Positions 19,715 through 30,913 of a stretch of 32,000 nt of DNA are shown here, piece after piece. The notes under the pieces were generated by a model. The model was given only the letters and a program-made list of their open reading frames with translations, had not been told where the DNA came from and did not search any database. A program made the position numbers and the translations under genes. Source of the DNA: Caedibacter taeniospiralis (GTDB lineage Bacteria > Pseudomonadota > Gammaproteobacteria > Francisellales > Francisellaceae); assembly GCF_002803295.2 (NCBI RefSeq), contig NZ_PGGB02000001.1, forward strand, positions 42,289 to 74,288, given 5' to 3'. Positions within the stretch are counted from its first letter, which is position 1. Each line of letters begins with the position of its first letter.

Positions 19715-20383
19715 TTACTCTTCATCTAAGTAACGGTTATCTTGACGAATAACCTTTGGAGTAGTCACCCGTGGATCAATTTCTACTGGTTCGTAAACCA
19801 CGCGCTTTTGTGCTTCATCATAACGCATCTCAACATATCCACTTTGCGGGAAATCTTTTCTAAACGGATGCCCCACAAAACCATAATCCGTGAGAATTCG
19901 GCGCAAATCAGGGTGACCCACAAAAATAAAGCCAAACATATCAAAGGCTTCACGCTCATTCCAATTGGCTGAAGGCCAGATATCGACAACACTTGGCAGC
20001 ATTAAATCATATTCATCTAAAAAGACTTTGACGCGTAGACGAATATTAAGCGCCACACTCAGTAAGTGATAAACTACAGCAAAACGCTTCTTACCCTTGT
20101 TTGGCTCTTTATGTAACAGTTCGCCATTGACAACACCACGCGAAAACCCCGTGCTCGTCGCACTTTGTGTTTTCCACTCATCTTCGCCGTAACTCAAATA
20201 ATCTATACCAGAAACATCAACAAGCTGCTCAAACTTAAATACACCTTTCAATCGAGTCATCACCCTGACTAAGTTTTGCTTATCAAGCTCAACCGTGAAT
20301 TCACCGTAGGCAAAGGTAGCCGATAAGAAATAGTCCTTAAGATCATTCGTTAAATCATCAATAAATTCTTGCGTTAAGGACAT
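19715..20383 (-). CDS. nuoC: NADH-quinone oxidoreductase subunit C
   Basis: 222-aa 30-kDa subunit ([16 protein letters not shown]). It is a separate gene, not fused to nuoD. Confidence 0.92.
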   Translation of the reverse strand: MSLTQEFIDDLTNDLKDYFLSATFAYGEFTVELDKQNLVRVMTRLKGVFKFEQLVDVSGIDYLSYGEDEWKTQSATSTGFSRGVVNGELLHKEPNKGKKRFAVVYHLLSVALNIRLRVKVFLDEYDLMLPSVVDIWPSANWNEREAFDMFGFIFVGHPDLRRILTDYGFVGHPFRKDFPQSGYVEMRYDEAQKRVVYEPVEIDPRVTTPKVIRQDNRYLDEE

Positions 20384-20385
20384 CG

Positions 20386-20871
20386 CTATTTCCTCGCAAT
20401 CGTATTAGTACGCTTGATTTTGTTTTGTAGCTGAATAATTCCATAGATAAGTGCCTCAGCCGTGGGCGGACAACCTGGAACATAGACATCCACAGGCAGA
20501 ATGCGATCACACCCCCTAACCACTGAATAGGAGTAATGATAATAACCGCCACCATTGGCACAGGAGCCCATAGAGATAACCCATTTAGGATCGGGCATTT
20601 GATCATAAACTTTACGTAGTGCTGGTGCCATTTTATTGCACAAGGTTCCTGCCACAATCAATACATCTGATTGACGCGGACTGGGGCGAAAAACGATCCC
20701 AAAGCGATCCAGATCATAGCGCGCAGCGCCCGCGTGCATCATCTCAACCGCACAACATGCCAAACCGAAAGTTACTGGCCACAAAGAACCCGTGCGTACC
20801 CAGTTTACCAGGGAGTCGGCACTGGCAGTAATAAAGCCTTTATGGTTATTAATGCCTTCTTCTACTCCCAT
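20386..20871 (-). CDS. nuoB: NADH-quinone oxidoreductase subunit B
   Basis: [20 protein letters not shown] and VPGCPPT motifs of the 20-kDa/PSST subunit. ATG at 20871 has AGGGAG upstream; the alternative ATG at 20892 would overlap nuoA by 31 nt. Confidence 0.9.
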   Translation of the reverse strand: MGVEEGINNHKGFITASADSLVNWVRTGSLWPVTFGLACCAVEMMHAGAARYDLDRFGIVFRPSPRQSDVLIVAGTLCNKMAPALRKVYDQMPDPKWVISMGSCANGGGYYHYSYSVVRGCDRILPVDVYVPGCPPTAEALIYGIIQLQNKIKRTNTIARK

Positions 20872-21260
20872 TCCAGTGCTCCCTTTTTCCACTCATAGAT
20901 AAATCCAATCAAGAGAATAAATAAGAAGATCATCATTGCAACAAATGCTGCCCACGAAATACCGCTGCCGCCACTATCGCGCACGAGCACGCCCCAGGGG
21001 ATCATAAAAGCCACCTCAAGATCAAAGACTAAAAACAAAATGGCGACTAGATAAAAACGCACATCAAACTTGATGCGCGCATCTTCAAACTCCGCAAAAC
21101 CACATTCAAATGGCGCATTTTTCTCAGGATTCGGTTTGTTCACTCCGACGATAATCGAAAGGATTTTGCCCCCAACCGCCATGGCTAATGCGATTACAAC
21201 TGCGACGATTAAAAAAACGAGAATCGGCAGAAACTGATGATACACACTATATTGCAACAT
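20862..21260 (-). CDS. nuoA: NADH-quinone oxidoreductase subunit A
   Basis: [17 protein letters not shown]..., three-helix ND3-like with FECGF and FDLE motifs. ATG at 21260 with AAGGA upstream. The 16 extra N-terminal codons in the track ORF run into the tRNA-Leu gene. Confidence 0.9.
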   Translation of the reverse strand: MLQYSVYHQFLPILVFLIVAVVIALAMAVGGKILSIIVGVNKPNPEKNAPFECGFAEFEDARIKFDVRFYLVAILFLVFDLEVAFMIPWGVLVRDSGGSGISWAAFVAMMIFLFILLIGFIYEWKKGALEWE

Positions 21261-21278
21261 GCTTAGATCCTTTATTTT

Positions 21279-21364
21279 TGGTGCCAAAGGCGGGACTCGA
21301 ACCCGCACGAGTGATACTCACCACCCCCTCAAGATGGCGTGTCTACCAATTCCACCACTTTGGC
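21279..21364 (-). tRNA. tRNA-Leu (anticodon GAG)
   Basis: The reverse complement GCCAAAGTGGTGGAATTGGTAGACACGCCATCTTGAGGGGGTGG..GCGGGTTCGAGTCCCGCCTTTGGCACCA folds as a class II tRNA with a long variable arm, anticodon loop TTGAGGG and an encoded CCA. Confidence 0.9.
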
Positions 21365-21377
21365 AAAATAAACTTTT

Positions 21378-21872
21378 TTATTTTGTTGACGCAGGCGCCA
21401 CTTCACCTTTATCAACCGCTGGCTTCTTCGTTTTATCTGCAGTAGCAGATTCTTTACCAGTTCGCTCTTTAGCCGCAGGTGCTTGCAGTAGCTGGCTCAT
21501 TGGCAATGTGCTTGTGCCACTTTCTGCTTTTTTATCTGTGGCTTTTGCTTGATCAATTAAAGCTTGTTGTGCTGCTTGCTGCTTTTGATAGTCGGCTTGT
21601 GATACACCGCTTGATGCTTGAGTCCCTGCGCCCTTGTTTGCATTTTGCTTGCCAATATAGCTCAAACTTATGCTTGTAACAAAGAAAACAGCGACCAAAA
21701 AAGCGGTAAATTTAAACATAAATGGCGCAGCTCCGCGGCTGCCAAAAACCGTCTGAGAAGCCCCTGATCCAAAAGATGCGCCCATCGTCGCGCCCTTGCC
21801 CTGTTGCAATAGAACTAATCCCACGATTAGTATTGCCACAACAATATGTACAGTTATCACTAACGCTAGCAT
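21378..21872 (-). CDS. secG: preprotein translocase subunit SecG with a long low-complexity C-terminal tail
   Basis: N-terminal LLQQGKGATMGASFGSGASQTVFGSRG is the SecG signature. Roughly the last 90 aa are a Q/A/K-rich extension. Confidence 0.88.
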   Translation of the reverse strand: MLALVITVHIVVAILIVGLVLLQQGKGATMGASFGSGASQTVFGSRGAAPFMFKFTAFLVAVFFVTSISLSYIGKQNANKGAGTQASSGVSQADYQKQQAAQQALIDQAKATDKKAESGTSTLPMSQLLQAPAAKERTGKESATADKTKKPAVDKGEVAPASTK

Positions 21873-21886
21873 TTTACTTGTTTTGC

Positions 21887-22140
21887 CTATTTTACCTGTT
21901 TAACACTTTCAGAGGTACTCACTGAAAGAGAAGCACCTCTTTAACCCCCATCCACATCAGCCAGGTTTAACAGCTTATTGGCATTGGACGGTTCAAGGCT
22001 GCCACCATATATAATTTTGACGTCTTTAGCAAGTGGTTCATGGAGGTTTAACAGTAAAAAAACGCACCTTGAACTCTGCTCAGACTGCTTCATAGAAGGT
22101 TTCTTGCAAAGGAGGAATGCTCCATAGTTAGCTTCAATAT
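21887..22140 (-). pseudogene. tpiA: triosephosphate isomerase remnant: 3' third only, with an in-frame stop
   Basis: The - strand reads ..[40 protein letters not shown]..K*. This matches the TIM C-terminal pattern (I/L)YGGS..N......D(I/V)DG.L(V/I)GGASL but is interrupted by TAA at 21941-21943. A tRNA gene 250-300 bp upstream of the remnant's 3' end leaves no room for the N-terminal two thirds. The upstream boundary is approximate. Confidence 0.6.
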
Positions 22141-22189
22141 AAACCAATGAAGACCAAGAGATGATTTGAGGCGTTATAAGATGATTATT

Positions 22190-22272
22190 TGGTGCGGACG
22201 GGGAGACTCGAACTCCCACGGTTACCCGCTGGAACCTAAATCCAGTGCGTCTACCAATTTCGCCACGTCCGC
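22190..22272 (-). tRNA. tRNA-Leu (anticodon TAG)
   Basis: The reverse complement GCGGACGTGGCGAAATTGGTAGACGCACTGGATTTAGGTTCCAG..GGGAGTTCGAGTCTCCCCGTCCGCACCA has a long variable arm and anticodon loop TTTAGGT. Confidence 0.9.
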
Positions 22273-22278
22273 AAAGAC

Positions 22279-22355
22279 TGGGGTGAACGATGGGACTTGA
22301 ACCCACGACAACCGGAATCACAATCCGGGGCTCTACCAACTGAGCTACGCCCACC
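22279..22355 (-). tRNA. tRNA-His (anticodon GTG)
   Basis: The reverse complement GGTGGGCGTAGCTCAGTTGGTAGAGCCCCGGATTGTGATTCCGG..GGGTTCAAGTCCCATCGTTCACCCCA includes the extra 5' G(-1) typical of tRNA-His. Confidence 0.92.
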
Positions 22356-22495
22356 ATAAATTGTAATAAACAGCTCAGTTGCCAGAGCTGCTTTTTCTAA
22401 ACTCGGCTCCTGCCTCGCTAAGAAAACCGGTGCTGCGCTATCCGTGCTCCGCCCGTTCGGTCCAAAACTGTTTCACAGTTTTTAAACGACCTCAC

Positions 22496-22520
22496 CCAAC
22501 TGAGCTACGCCCACCATAAA
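22496..22520 (-). pseudogene. duplicated 5' fragment of tRNA-His (nt -5 to +20)
   Basis: CCAACTGAGCTACGCCCACCATAAA at 22496-22520 is identical to 22336-22360, which is the 5' end of the intact tRNA-His plus 5 nt of leader. Nothing tRNA-like follows it. Confidence 0.8.
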
Positions 22521-22525
22521 CTTAA

Positions 22526-22602
22526 TGGTACGCCCGGCAGGATTCGAACCTGCTACCCTCGGCTTAGAAGGCCGATGCTCTATCCAGATGAGCTACGGGC
22601 GC
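22526..22602 (-). tRNA. tRNA-Arg (anticodon TCT)
   Basis: The reverse complement GCGCCCGTAGCTCATCTGGATAGAGCATCGGCCTTCTAAGCCGAGGGTAGCAGGTTCGAATCCTGCCGGGCGTACCA has anticodon loop CTTCTAA. Confidence 0.9.
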
Positions 22603-22632
22603 ATTTTTTCTATCCGCCATTGATGGTAACCA

Positions 22633-22709
<77 letters not shown>

Positions 22710-22721
22710 AATATTCCACGA

Positions 22722-22797
<76 letters not shown>

Positions 22798-22807
22798 AAT
22801 GCCGCAT

Positions 22808-22836
22808 ATTAAATCGGATTTAGCAAACTCGGTCAA
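22808..22836 (-). promoter_or_regulatory. candidate sigma70 promoter of the tRNA operon (TTGACC-17 nt-TTTAAT)
   Basis: The - strand reads TTGACC (22836-22831), a 17-nt spacer, TTTAAT (22813-22808), then ATGCGGCA with a GC-rich discriminator. tRNA-Phe starts about 10 nt after the -10 box. An AT-rich stretch lies upstream. Confidence 0.5.
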
Positions 22837-22995
22837 GCACTTTTTCAAAGAATTTGCCGCCACCCATAAACAGGTTGCAAACTAGACAGCGCAAGGTTTT
22901 GATTGCCTACCTAAGCACCAAATTTTTACCCCTTGGCTGCAAATTTTCGCTACAATAAACACCACCCAATTCCCTCACGTGAGAAGGCAGATTTT

Positions 22996-23490
22996 ATGTT
23001 ATCCATTATTGTTGCTTATGATCAGAATCAAGGCATCGGTATTAAAAACAGCTTACCGTGGAAACTCTCCGACGATTTAAAAAATTTCAAAAAGCTTACC
23101 GAAAACAACTACATCGTAATGGGTCGCAAAACCTTTGATTCAATTGGTCGAGCACTACCTAATCGCAAAAACATTATCCTCACTCGACAAAAAAACTACA
23201 GGCAAGATCGATGTGCCATCGTGCACGATATAGATCATATTCTTACTCTGGCAAAGGACAAGCCACACTATGAAATTTTTATTATCGGTGGAGCCGAAAT
23301 TTATCAGGCATTTCTGCCATTTATAGACCGTTTGTATATTACCAGAGTAAATACCACCAAAGCAGCAGATGCGTTCTTCCCAGACTGGGATAAGTGTCAA
23401 TTTAAGCGCATTGGCAATCGTCACTATACTAAAGATGAAAACAACGAATGTGATTTTGATTTTGAGATTTGGGAAAAGTCTAAGCTTTAA
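22996..23490 (+). CDS. folA: dihydrofolate reductase
   Basis: MLSIIVAYDQNQGIGIKNSLPWKLSDDLKNFKKLT...VMGRKTFDSIG is the DHFR signature. ATG at 22996 with GAGAAGG upstream. The upstream part of the track ORF is not DHFR-like. Confidence 0.92.
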   Translation: MLSIIVAYDQNQGIGIKNSLPWKLSDDLKNFKKLTENNYIVMGRKTFDSIGRALPNRKNIILTRQKNYRQDRCAIVHDIDHILTLAKDKPHYEIFIIGGAEIYQAFLPFIDRLYITRVNTTKAADAFFPDWDKCQFKRIGNRHYTKDENNECDFDFEIWEKSKL

Positions 23491-26023
23491 GGTACTTTAA
23501 AAATCTATGTTCCAAAAGCTGCATCCTGCTCTGTTTGATGATGGCCTCATCGTTGTTATCTGTAATGTAGAAAGTATCTTCAACTGATGGACCTGATGTG
23601 TGTATGCGTGCACGGATGATATTCAGCTGGTTGAGTTCAAGAAAATAGCAAAGAGCCGCTAGCAATCCTGGGCGATCAGGGCATTTAACAATGATTTGAG
23701 TATAGTTTTTGTGGCGCGGGCTTAGCAGTTGAACACTATTTTTCATACGTTTAGGCATCATTTTATGATGAGCTGGCGTGGTGAATTTATGTTCCGCATC
23801 GGCTGTTTTACCCTGCATAAGTTCAGTTTGAAGATGCAGCTTTACCCAGTTCAACTTTTGCTCTGACTGCAACGCATTATGATTCACATCGGTGATGCTA
23901 AACTGATAGAGCATGATTCTTTGTGGCAAAATAAAGAAACTTGCATCGGTGATATTAATATCTGCCTTATACAAAACATAGCAAACTGATGACAGTTTGA
24001 CTGTCGCTAGTGGGGCGAAAATCAAAAGCTGCGATTGCTGTAAAATGTTATCAAAATAGACATAAATCTCGGGAGAGCGGATTTTTGATAGTGAAAGCTC
24101 CTGAAGTATAGCGCTTTGCCACGCCAAAGTAGAAAACGGCTGCTCACTAAAATAGCGCGCAGGCAGAGTCTGCCATAGGCTTAGGATTTCCGCGTGATCG
24201 GCATTGTCTAAAGTATCAAGGAGTCTTGTTTGTGTTTGCATCACTTGTTCCTTGATCGTAAGCTTATGCGATTGCACTAGGTAGCCTGACGTGTGCTTGT
24301 ATAAATTCTCAAACATCGTTTGTTGCCAAGGCGTCCAAAGTTTTGGATTAGTTCCTTTAATATCCGCGATCGTCAATAAAAACAAACTATCTAAATAGTA
24401 CTGGCTTTGACAAAATTCGGTCAATTGGCGAACGACAGTCACATCGTAGATGTCTTCTTTTTTGATAGTACGTGAGAAAGCAAGATGATGTTTTACCAGC
24501 CAGGTTAATAGATGTATTTCATCCTGTTTTAGGCTCCAGATTTCAGCATATTTCTGCACGACACGCGCACCAAACTTACAATGATCAACACCAGAACCTT
24601 TGCCAATGTCATGGAAGAAGGCGGCAATATACAGCAATTTTTTAGCAGGATGAGCCTGCATGATAGATGCAGCAAGCGAAAATTCTGATTTAAAGGCTTC
24701 AGACTGCATGTAATAGAGGGTGTCGATGACCTTAATTGTGTGACGATCAACAGTATATTGATGATACAGGTCAAATTGCATTTGACCTTTGCTACGCGTA
24801 AATTCAGGAATGATCTTCTCAATTAATCCAAGATCCATCATGATACTAAGAGCACCCCTTATATTGTAAGCCTGGGAAAAGAGGGATAAAAACTGCAACT
24901 GTATTTCATTGTGTAACAAGAAGTTTTTTTTCCCCAGATTGCTAAGCAGTGCCGTGCTATTGCGTAGAATATTGGCACTTAAGGTGTTGGCTTTATCAGA
25001 TTGGCAGAAACGGATAAATGGAGTAACCAGTTGATTAAGTTTTTGTGGATAGTTAGCTAAGCGATGATTAAGAACTCCACTGCAGATACTGAAATCAGAA
25101 TCAATGCTTAGGGTGGGTTTTAGAGCGTATCGCGAGAGCAACTCATGAAAAATAATGCGGTTTATTAATTTAACGTGGCGGATGCTGTTATAGTAATTTT
25201 GCATAAACAACTCGATACTCTTATTATTTTTTTTGTGCCAAAAACCAAAAAAATGGGCAAGTGTCAGTTGTTTATCAACTAACAGGGCATTTTGTTCGCG
25301 TTGATAAAGAATATGCAGGTAAAAACGGATCGCTGATAATAGACGATGAGCTTTACCCAAACTCTCAAACTCATGTTGTGTAATATATTGGTGCTTCACG
25401 AGGTAGCTTGGGTGAACGTTGGGGTGCAGGTAAATCAAAAGCCAATGGATGCTTTGTAAGTAGCGCAGGTTACCGACGGTATTTTTTAGATCAGGCTGCT
25501 GATTGATGGGGAATCTCTCATCGCGACCTAGCTGTTCCGAATATTTAGCCAATATGAAGGTTTCAATGCTAGGCAGGGTGGTTTTGTTCTTAACAAGCTC
25601 CTTAAACTCCTCAAATAAGCTGATATTGCCACAGACTAAACGCGCATCTAAAATTGCAGTTAATAGATTTAAATCGCTTTGCGCATGCTCAAAGATGCTC
25701 AAAAGCGTGTGCGCCACGTAACCCACTTTAAGCGGTAAAGTTTGTAGTTCCTGAATGAATTTGGATAACTCTGGGTGTGTAAGCTCGCGCTCAGATCGCG
25801 CTAAAAATACCAGATCAAGATCGGAGTACAACGCGCGATCCTGGCGTCCGTACCCGCCAACGGCAACAAGGCTTATGTTCACAAGCGTTTTAGGAAAATA
25901 CTGGCATAGCAGACGATCTATATATTTGCTATACATCAATAAGATCTTGTAAATAGAATGTTTCCTTTTCAGGAAAAGCGTTGAGACTTCTTCCATGATT
26001 TGTTGACATTGTTGCTTTAGCAT
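23480..26023 (-). CDS. glnD: bifunctional [protein-PII] uridylyltransferase / uridylyl-removing enzyme
   Basis: 847 aa. Nucleotidyltransferase motif VAVGGYGRQDRALYSDLDLVFL, HD domain (FFHDIGKG) and two C-terminal ACT-like regions. The 3' end overlaps the folA 3' end by 11 nt (convergent). Confidence 0.85.
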   Translation of the reverse strand: MLKQQCQQIMEEVSTLFLKRKHSIYKILLMYSKYIDRLLCQYFPKTLVNISLVAVGGYGRQDRALYSDLDLVFLARSERELTHPELSKFIQELQTLPLKVGYVAHTLLSIFEHAQSDLNLLTAILDARLVCGNISLFEEFKELVKNKTTLPSIETFILAKYSEQLGRDERFPINQQPDLKNTVGNLRYLQSIHWLLIYLHPNVHPSYLVKHQYITQHEFESLGKAHRLLSAIRFYLHILYQREQNALLVDKQLTLAHFFGFWHKKNNKSIELFMQNYYNSIRHVKLINRIIFHELLSRYALKPTLSIDSDFSICSGVLNHRLANYPQKLNQLVTPFIRFCQSDKANTLSANILRNSTALLSNLGKKNFLLHNEIQLQFLSLFSQAYNIRGALSIMMDLGLIEKIIPEFTRSKGQMQFDLYHQYTVDRHTIKVIDTLYYMQSEAFKSEFSLAASIMQAHPAKKLLYIAAFFHDIGKGSGVDHCKFGARVVQKYAEIWSLKQDEIHLLTWLVKHHLAFSRTIKKEDIYDVTVVRQLTEFCQSQYYLDSLFLLTIADIKGTNPKLWTPWQQTMFENLYKHTSGYLVQSHKLTIKEQVMQTQTRLLDTLDNADHAEILSLWQTLPARYFSEQPFSTLAWQSAILQELSLSKIRSPEIYVYFDNILQQSQLLIFAPLATVKLSSVCYVLYKADINITDASFFILPQRIMLYQFSITDVNHNALQSEQKLNWVKLHLQTELMQGKTADAEHKFTTPAHHKMMPKRMKNSVQLLSPRHKNYTQIIVKCPDRPGLLAALCYFLELNQLNIIRARIHTSGPSVEDTFYITDNNDEAIIKQSRMQLLEHRFLKYLKA

Positions 26024-26049
26024 CGCCCCCCCTAACAGATATGTCCCGC

Positions 26050-26616
26050 TTATGTTCTAGGTAACGTCACCCCTGTCTGCCCTTGATATTTGCCTCCACG
26101 ATCTTTGTAAGAAGTCTCGCAAATCTCATCAGACTGGTAGAACAGCATTTGCGCAACACCTTCATTGGCATAAATCTTGGCTGGTAACGGCGTAGTGTTG
26201 GAAAATTCAAGCGTCACATGCCCCTCCCATTCAGGCTCAAGTGGAGTCACGTTCACAATAATGCCACAACGTGCGTAAGTTGATTTGCCTAAACACACCA
26301 CTAAAGTATCTCGTGGAATCTTAAAATATTCCACCGTACGTGCCAGGGCAAAGGAGTTCGGCGGGATAATGCAAACGTCTCCGACAAAATCAACAAAGTT
26401 ATTGTGATCAAAGTCCTTAGGATCAACAATCGTTGAATTAATATTGGTAAAAATTTTAAATTCATTGGCACAACGCACATCATAACCATAACTAGAAGTT
26501 CCAAATGAGACGATCTTGCCATGCTCATTACACCGTGCTTGCCCCGCCTCAAATGGTGAAATCATCTCATGTTCTTTTGCCATTCTACGAATCCACTTAT
26601 CTGATTTTATTGACAC
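26050..26616 (-). CDS. dcd: dCTP deaminase
   Basis: [22 protein letters not shown]... and the SSYGYDVR and [29 protein letters not shown] motifs. GTG start with AAGGAG 6 nt upstream. Confidence 0.92.
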   Translation of the reverse strand: MSIKSDKWIRRMAKEHEMISPFEAGQARCNEHGKIVSFGTSSYGYDVRCANEFKIFTNINSTIVDPKDFDHNNFVDFVGDVCIIPPNSFALARTVEYFKIPRDTLVVCLGKSTYARCGIIVNVTPLEPEWEGHVTLEFSNTTPLPAKIYANEGVAQMLFYQSDEICETSYKDRGGKYQGQTGVTLPRT

Positions 26617-26659
26617 GTTTTTCTCCTTAATTCTACGTTTAACTACTATTTATCGGCTT

Positions 26660-26699
26660 TGACCATATTTCCAGCCACAAGGGCGTATGCAATACGCCC
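26660..26699. repeat. short repeat module: 19-mer plus GC hairpin
   Basis: TGACCATATTTCCAGCCAC (26660-26678) matches 16452-16470 at 18 of 19 positions. In both places a GC-rich hairpin follows within a few nt (GGGCGTAT-GCA-ATACGCCC at 26681-26699). Confidence 0.5.
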
Positions 26700-26781
26700 C
26701 TACATTTATTCAAATGAAAATTGTCAGAAATTCGGTCAAATTCTATGTTGCCTTGAAGTTACGGAGGCTGACAATTTACAG

Positions 26782-27432
26782 CTATTCATACAATTTAACG
26801 CCTGAGAGTGTGGAGAGTTTCTTGGTATAATCCAGTAGTTTTGCAGGGATGCTCACTGAATCGCCAATAATGGTTAAATTACGTAAAATGGGGAAAACCA
26901 TAATATCATCCCAAGAAAACTTGTCACTACTTGCAAACTCAAAGGTCATGAGTCGATTAAGCTCAAACAAAACGAGCTCTGTTTTTTCGATAGCCGCCTC
27001 AGGGAAACGCAGATTCGCTTTAAAGCAACCGATATATTTTTCCTTTTTATGCTCAAAGTAATCTTTGGCACTTTGAGTAGGAAAATCCTGGTGATTTTGT
27101 GGATGATCAAGAAATCGTGGATAGACCAGCGATTTGCTGGCACCACTTAGGTCATTAGCCAGAGTCAGCAGTGCTTTCGTGGTGGTTATCTCAGTACTTA
27201 GGGCTGGCTTTTGATCGAAAGTATTTAGATATTGGCAGATATCCAGGCTTTCAAGTAAGAAACTACCATCCTTTTTCTGTAAAAATGGCACTTGTTTCTT
27301 ACCGATTAAATCTAAATGGGATTTCTCATCGTCATTGGCAAGGTATACAAGTTCCAGCGGGATTTTTTTTATCCCTGCAATGATCCGTGGACGAATACAA
27401 AACGGGCAGTGTTCATAGATATAGAGTTTCAT
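26782..27432 (-). CDS. grxB: glutaredoxin 2
   Basis: MKLYIYEHCPFCIRPRIIAGIKKIPLELVYLANDDE...GKKQVPFLQKKDGSFLLESLDICQYL parallels E. coli Grx2, with a CPFC active site and a GST-like 216-aa length. Confidence 0.85.
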   Translation of the reverse strand: MKLYIYEHCPFCIRPRIIAGIKKIPLELVYLANDDEKSHLDLIGKKQVPFLQKKDGSFLLESLDICQYLNTFDQKPALSTEITTTKALLTLANDLSGASKSLVYPRFLDHPQNHQDFPTQSAKDYFEHKKEKYIGCFKANLRFPEAAIEKTELVLFELNRLMTFEFASSDKFSWDDIMVFPILRNLTIIGDSVSIPAKLLDYTKKLSTLSGVKLYE

Positions 27433-27573
27433 TGAGGTTTTTTGTCATCGCTTAAACGGGGGTGATTTATTGTCTATAAATTTCCTTTAAATCGCAACGC
27501 TGAGCATAAGCTAAATTTTCTCTTGCCTGTTTTCGGACATGCTGCCGGTGATGATGAAACTGCCGATAAACAA

Positions 27574-28263
27574 TCAAGAACGTTTCTTAGCAAGTGCGTT
27601 ATTTGATTTTTCAAGTTGATTGCGATAATACTCCAGACTTTGTTCAGATTCACGCTTAAGCTGGCGAATTTGTCCGTTTAAGAAGGCGATCTGACCTTCA
27701 AGCGAATCGCGTAGGTCTGAAATGCGCTGCGTGGTCTGCTCTTTTAGTGTATCAGCGTAAATACGTGCTTCTTTGGCAACTTGTTCTGCTGATTCGCGGC
27801 GCGTCTGCTCTTTCACTAAAGCAGCATACAACTTACGAACCTTGAGCTCTGGATTACTCTCATTAAGGATCATGCTCCACTCGTCAGACATGCTATTTAA
27901 AATATCACTGCTTAAAGCATGTGAGCTGGCAATAAGTGCTTGAATCATTGGGTCCGCTGCCTTTACGCCAGGTTTTACTGATGCCAGCGTTTCATTTCTT
28001 GATGTTTTTGGGTCTGAATTACTGGGAGTGGATATCACTTCTATTTCTACTGTTTGAATTTGTTTTGCTGTGTCACTCGCCTTTGATGGAGGTTCATCAC
28101 TGTTTTGTTCATCTCGCCATTGCTTTAGAAATCTGCTAATGGTAGTCGGACTACCCCGTCCAATGGTGTCGCGAACATTGTTAATACCCGGGGTATGTCC
28201 CTGAGATTCAAGTATAGCGATTGCGTTGATTATATCTTCGTAGCAGATGCCTGGGCGAGCCAT
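27574..28263 (-). CDS. KfrA_N-domain DNA-binding protein with a coiled-coil C-terminus
   Basis: N-terminal MARPGICYEDIINAIAILESQGHTPGINNVRDTIGRGSPTTISRFLKQWRDEQ matches the KfrA N-terminal DNA-binding pattern. The C-terminal half is heptad-rich and charged. Confidence 0.65.
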   Translation of the reverse strand: MARPGICYEDIINAIAILESQGHTPGINNVRDTIGRGSPTTISRFLKQWRDEQNSDEPPSKASDTAKQIQTVEIEVISTPSNSDPKTSRNETLASVKPGVKAADPMIQALIASSHALSSDILNSMSDEWSMILNESNPELKVRKLYAALVKEQTRRESAEQVAKEARIYADTLKEQTTQRISDLRDSLEGQIAFLNGQIRQLKRESEQSLEYYRNQLEKSNNALAKKRS

Positions 28264-28466
28264 GGTTTGTGTGTCCTTTGAGTAATTGATTTAACAGAGG
28301 TTAAAGCGGTGGATTTAAAATCCGTGGGAATTATAACAAGATATTCAATAGCGTCAAACATAGATATGCGTCAAGCACATATTTTGTTATGATGAGGCGC
28401 AAATTTACTAGCATCTATACCCATCGTAAATCATTTTGCGGTATTTATGGGAAAGCAGTTTGTGAG

Positions 28467-30857
<2,391 letters not shown>

Positions 30858-30878
30858 TAGCACAAGCTATAAGTTGCA

Positions 30879-30913
30879 AGAAAATCACGAAATAGGCTTG
30901 TGATTTTCTTTAA
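30879..30913 (+). terminator. candidate intrinsic terminator after icd
   Basis: 10-bp stem AGAAAATCAC (30879-30888) with GTGATTTTCT (30900-30909) and an 11-nt loop, running into TTTCTTTAAA. The stem is AT-rich, so this is tentative. Confidence 0.4.

Noticed and set aside
6668-20898. Numerous 60-100 aa ORFs nested in or antisense to the nuo genes, for example 12139-12354, 14463-14714, 16700-16957, 17276-17536, 18728-18955 and 20358-20657.
   Set aside because: Each lies entirely within a well-supported longer CDS in another frame or strand. None has an independent signal.
23480-23490. 11-bp convergent overlap of the folA and glnD 3' ends.
   Set aside because: Short tail-to-tail overlaps are common in compact genomes. 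Nothing suggests antisense regulation beyond the overlap itself.
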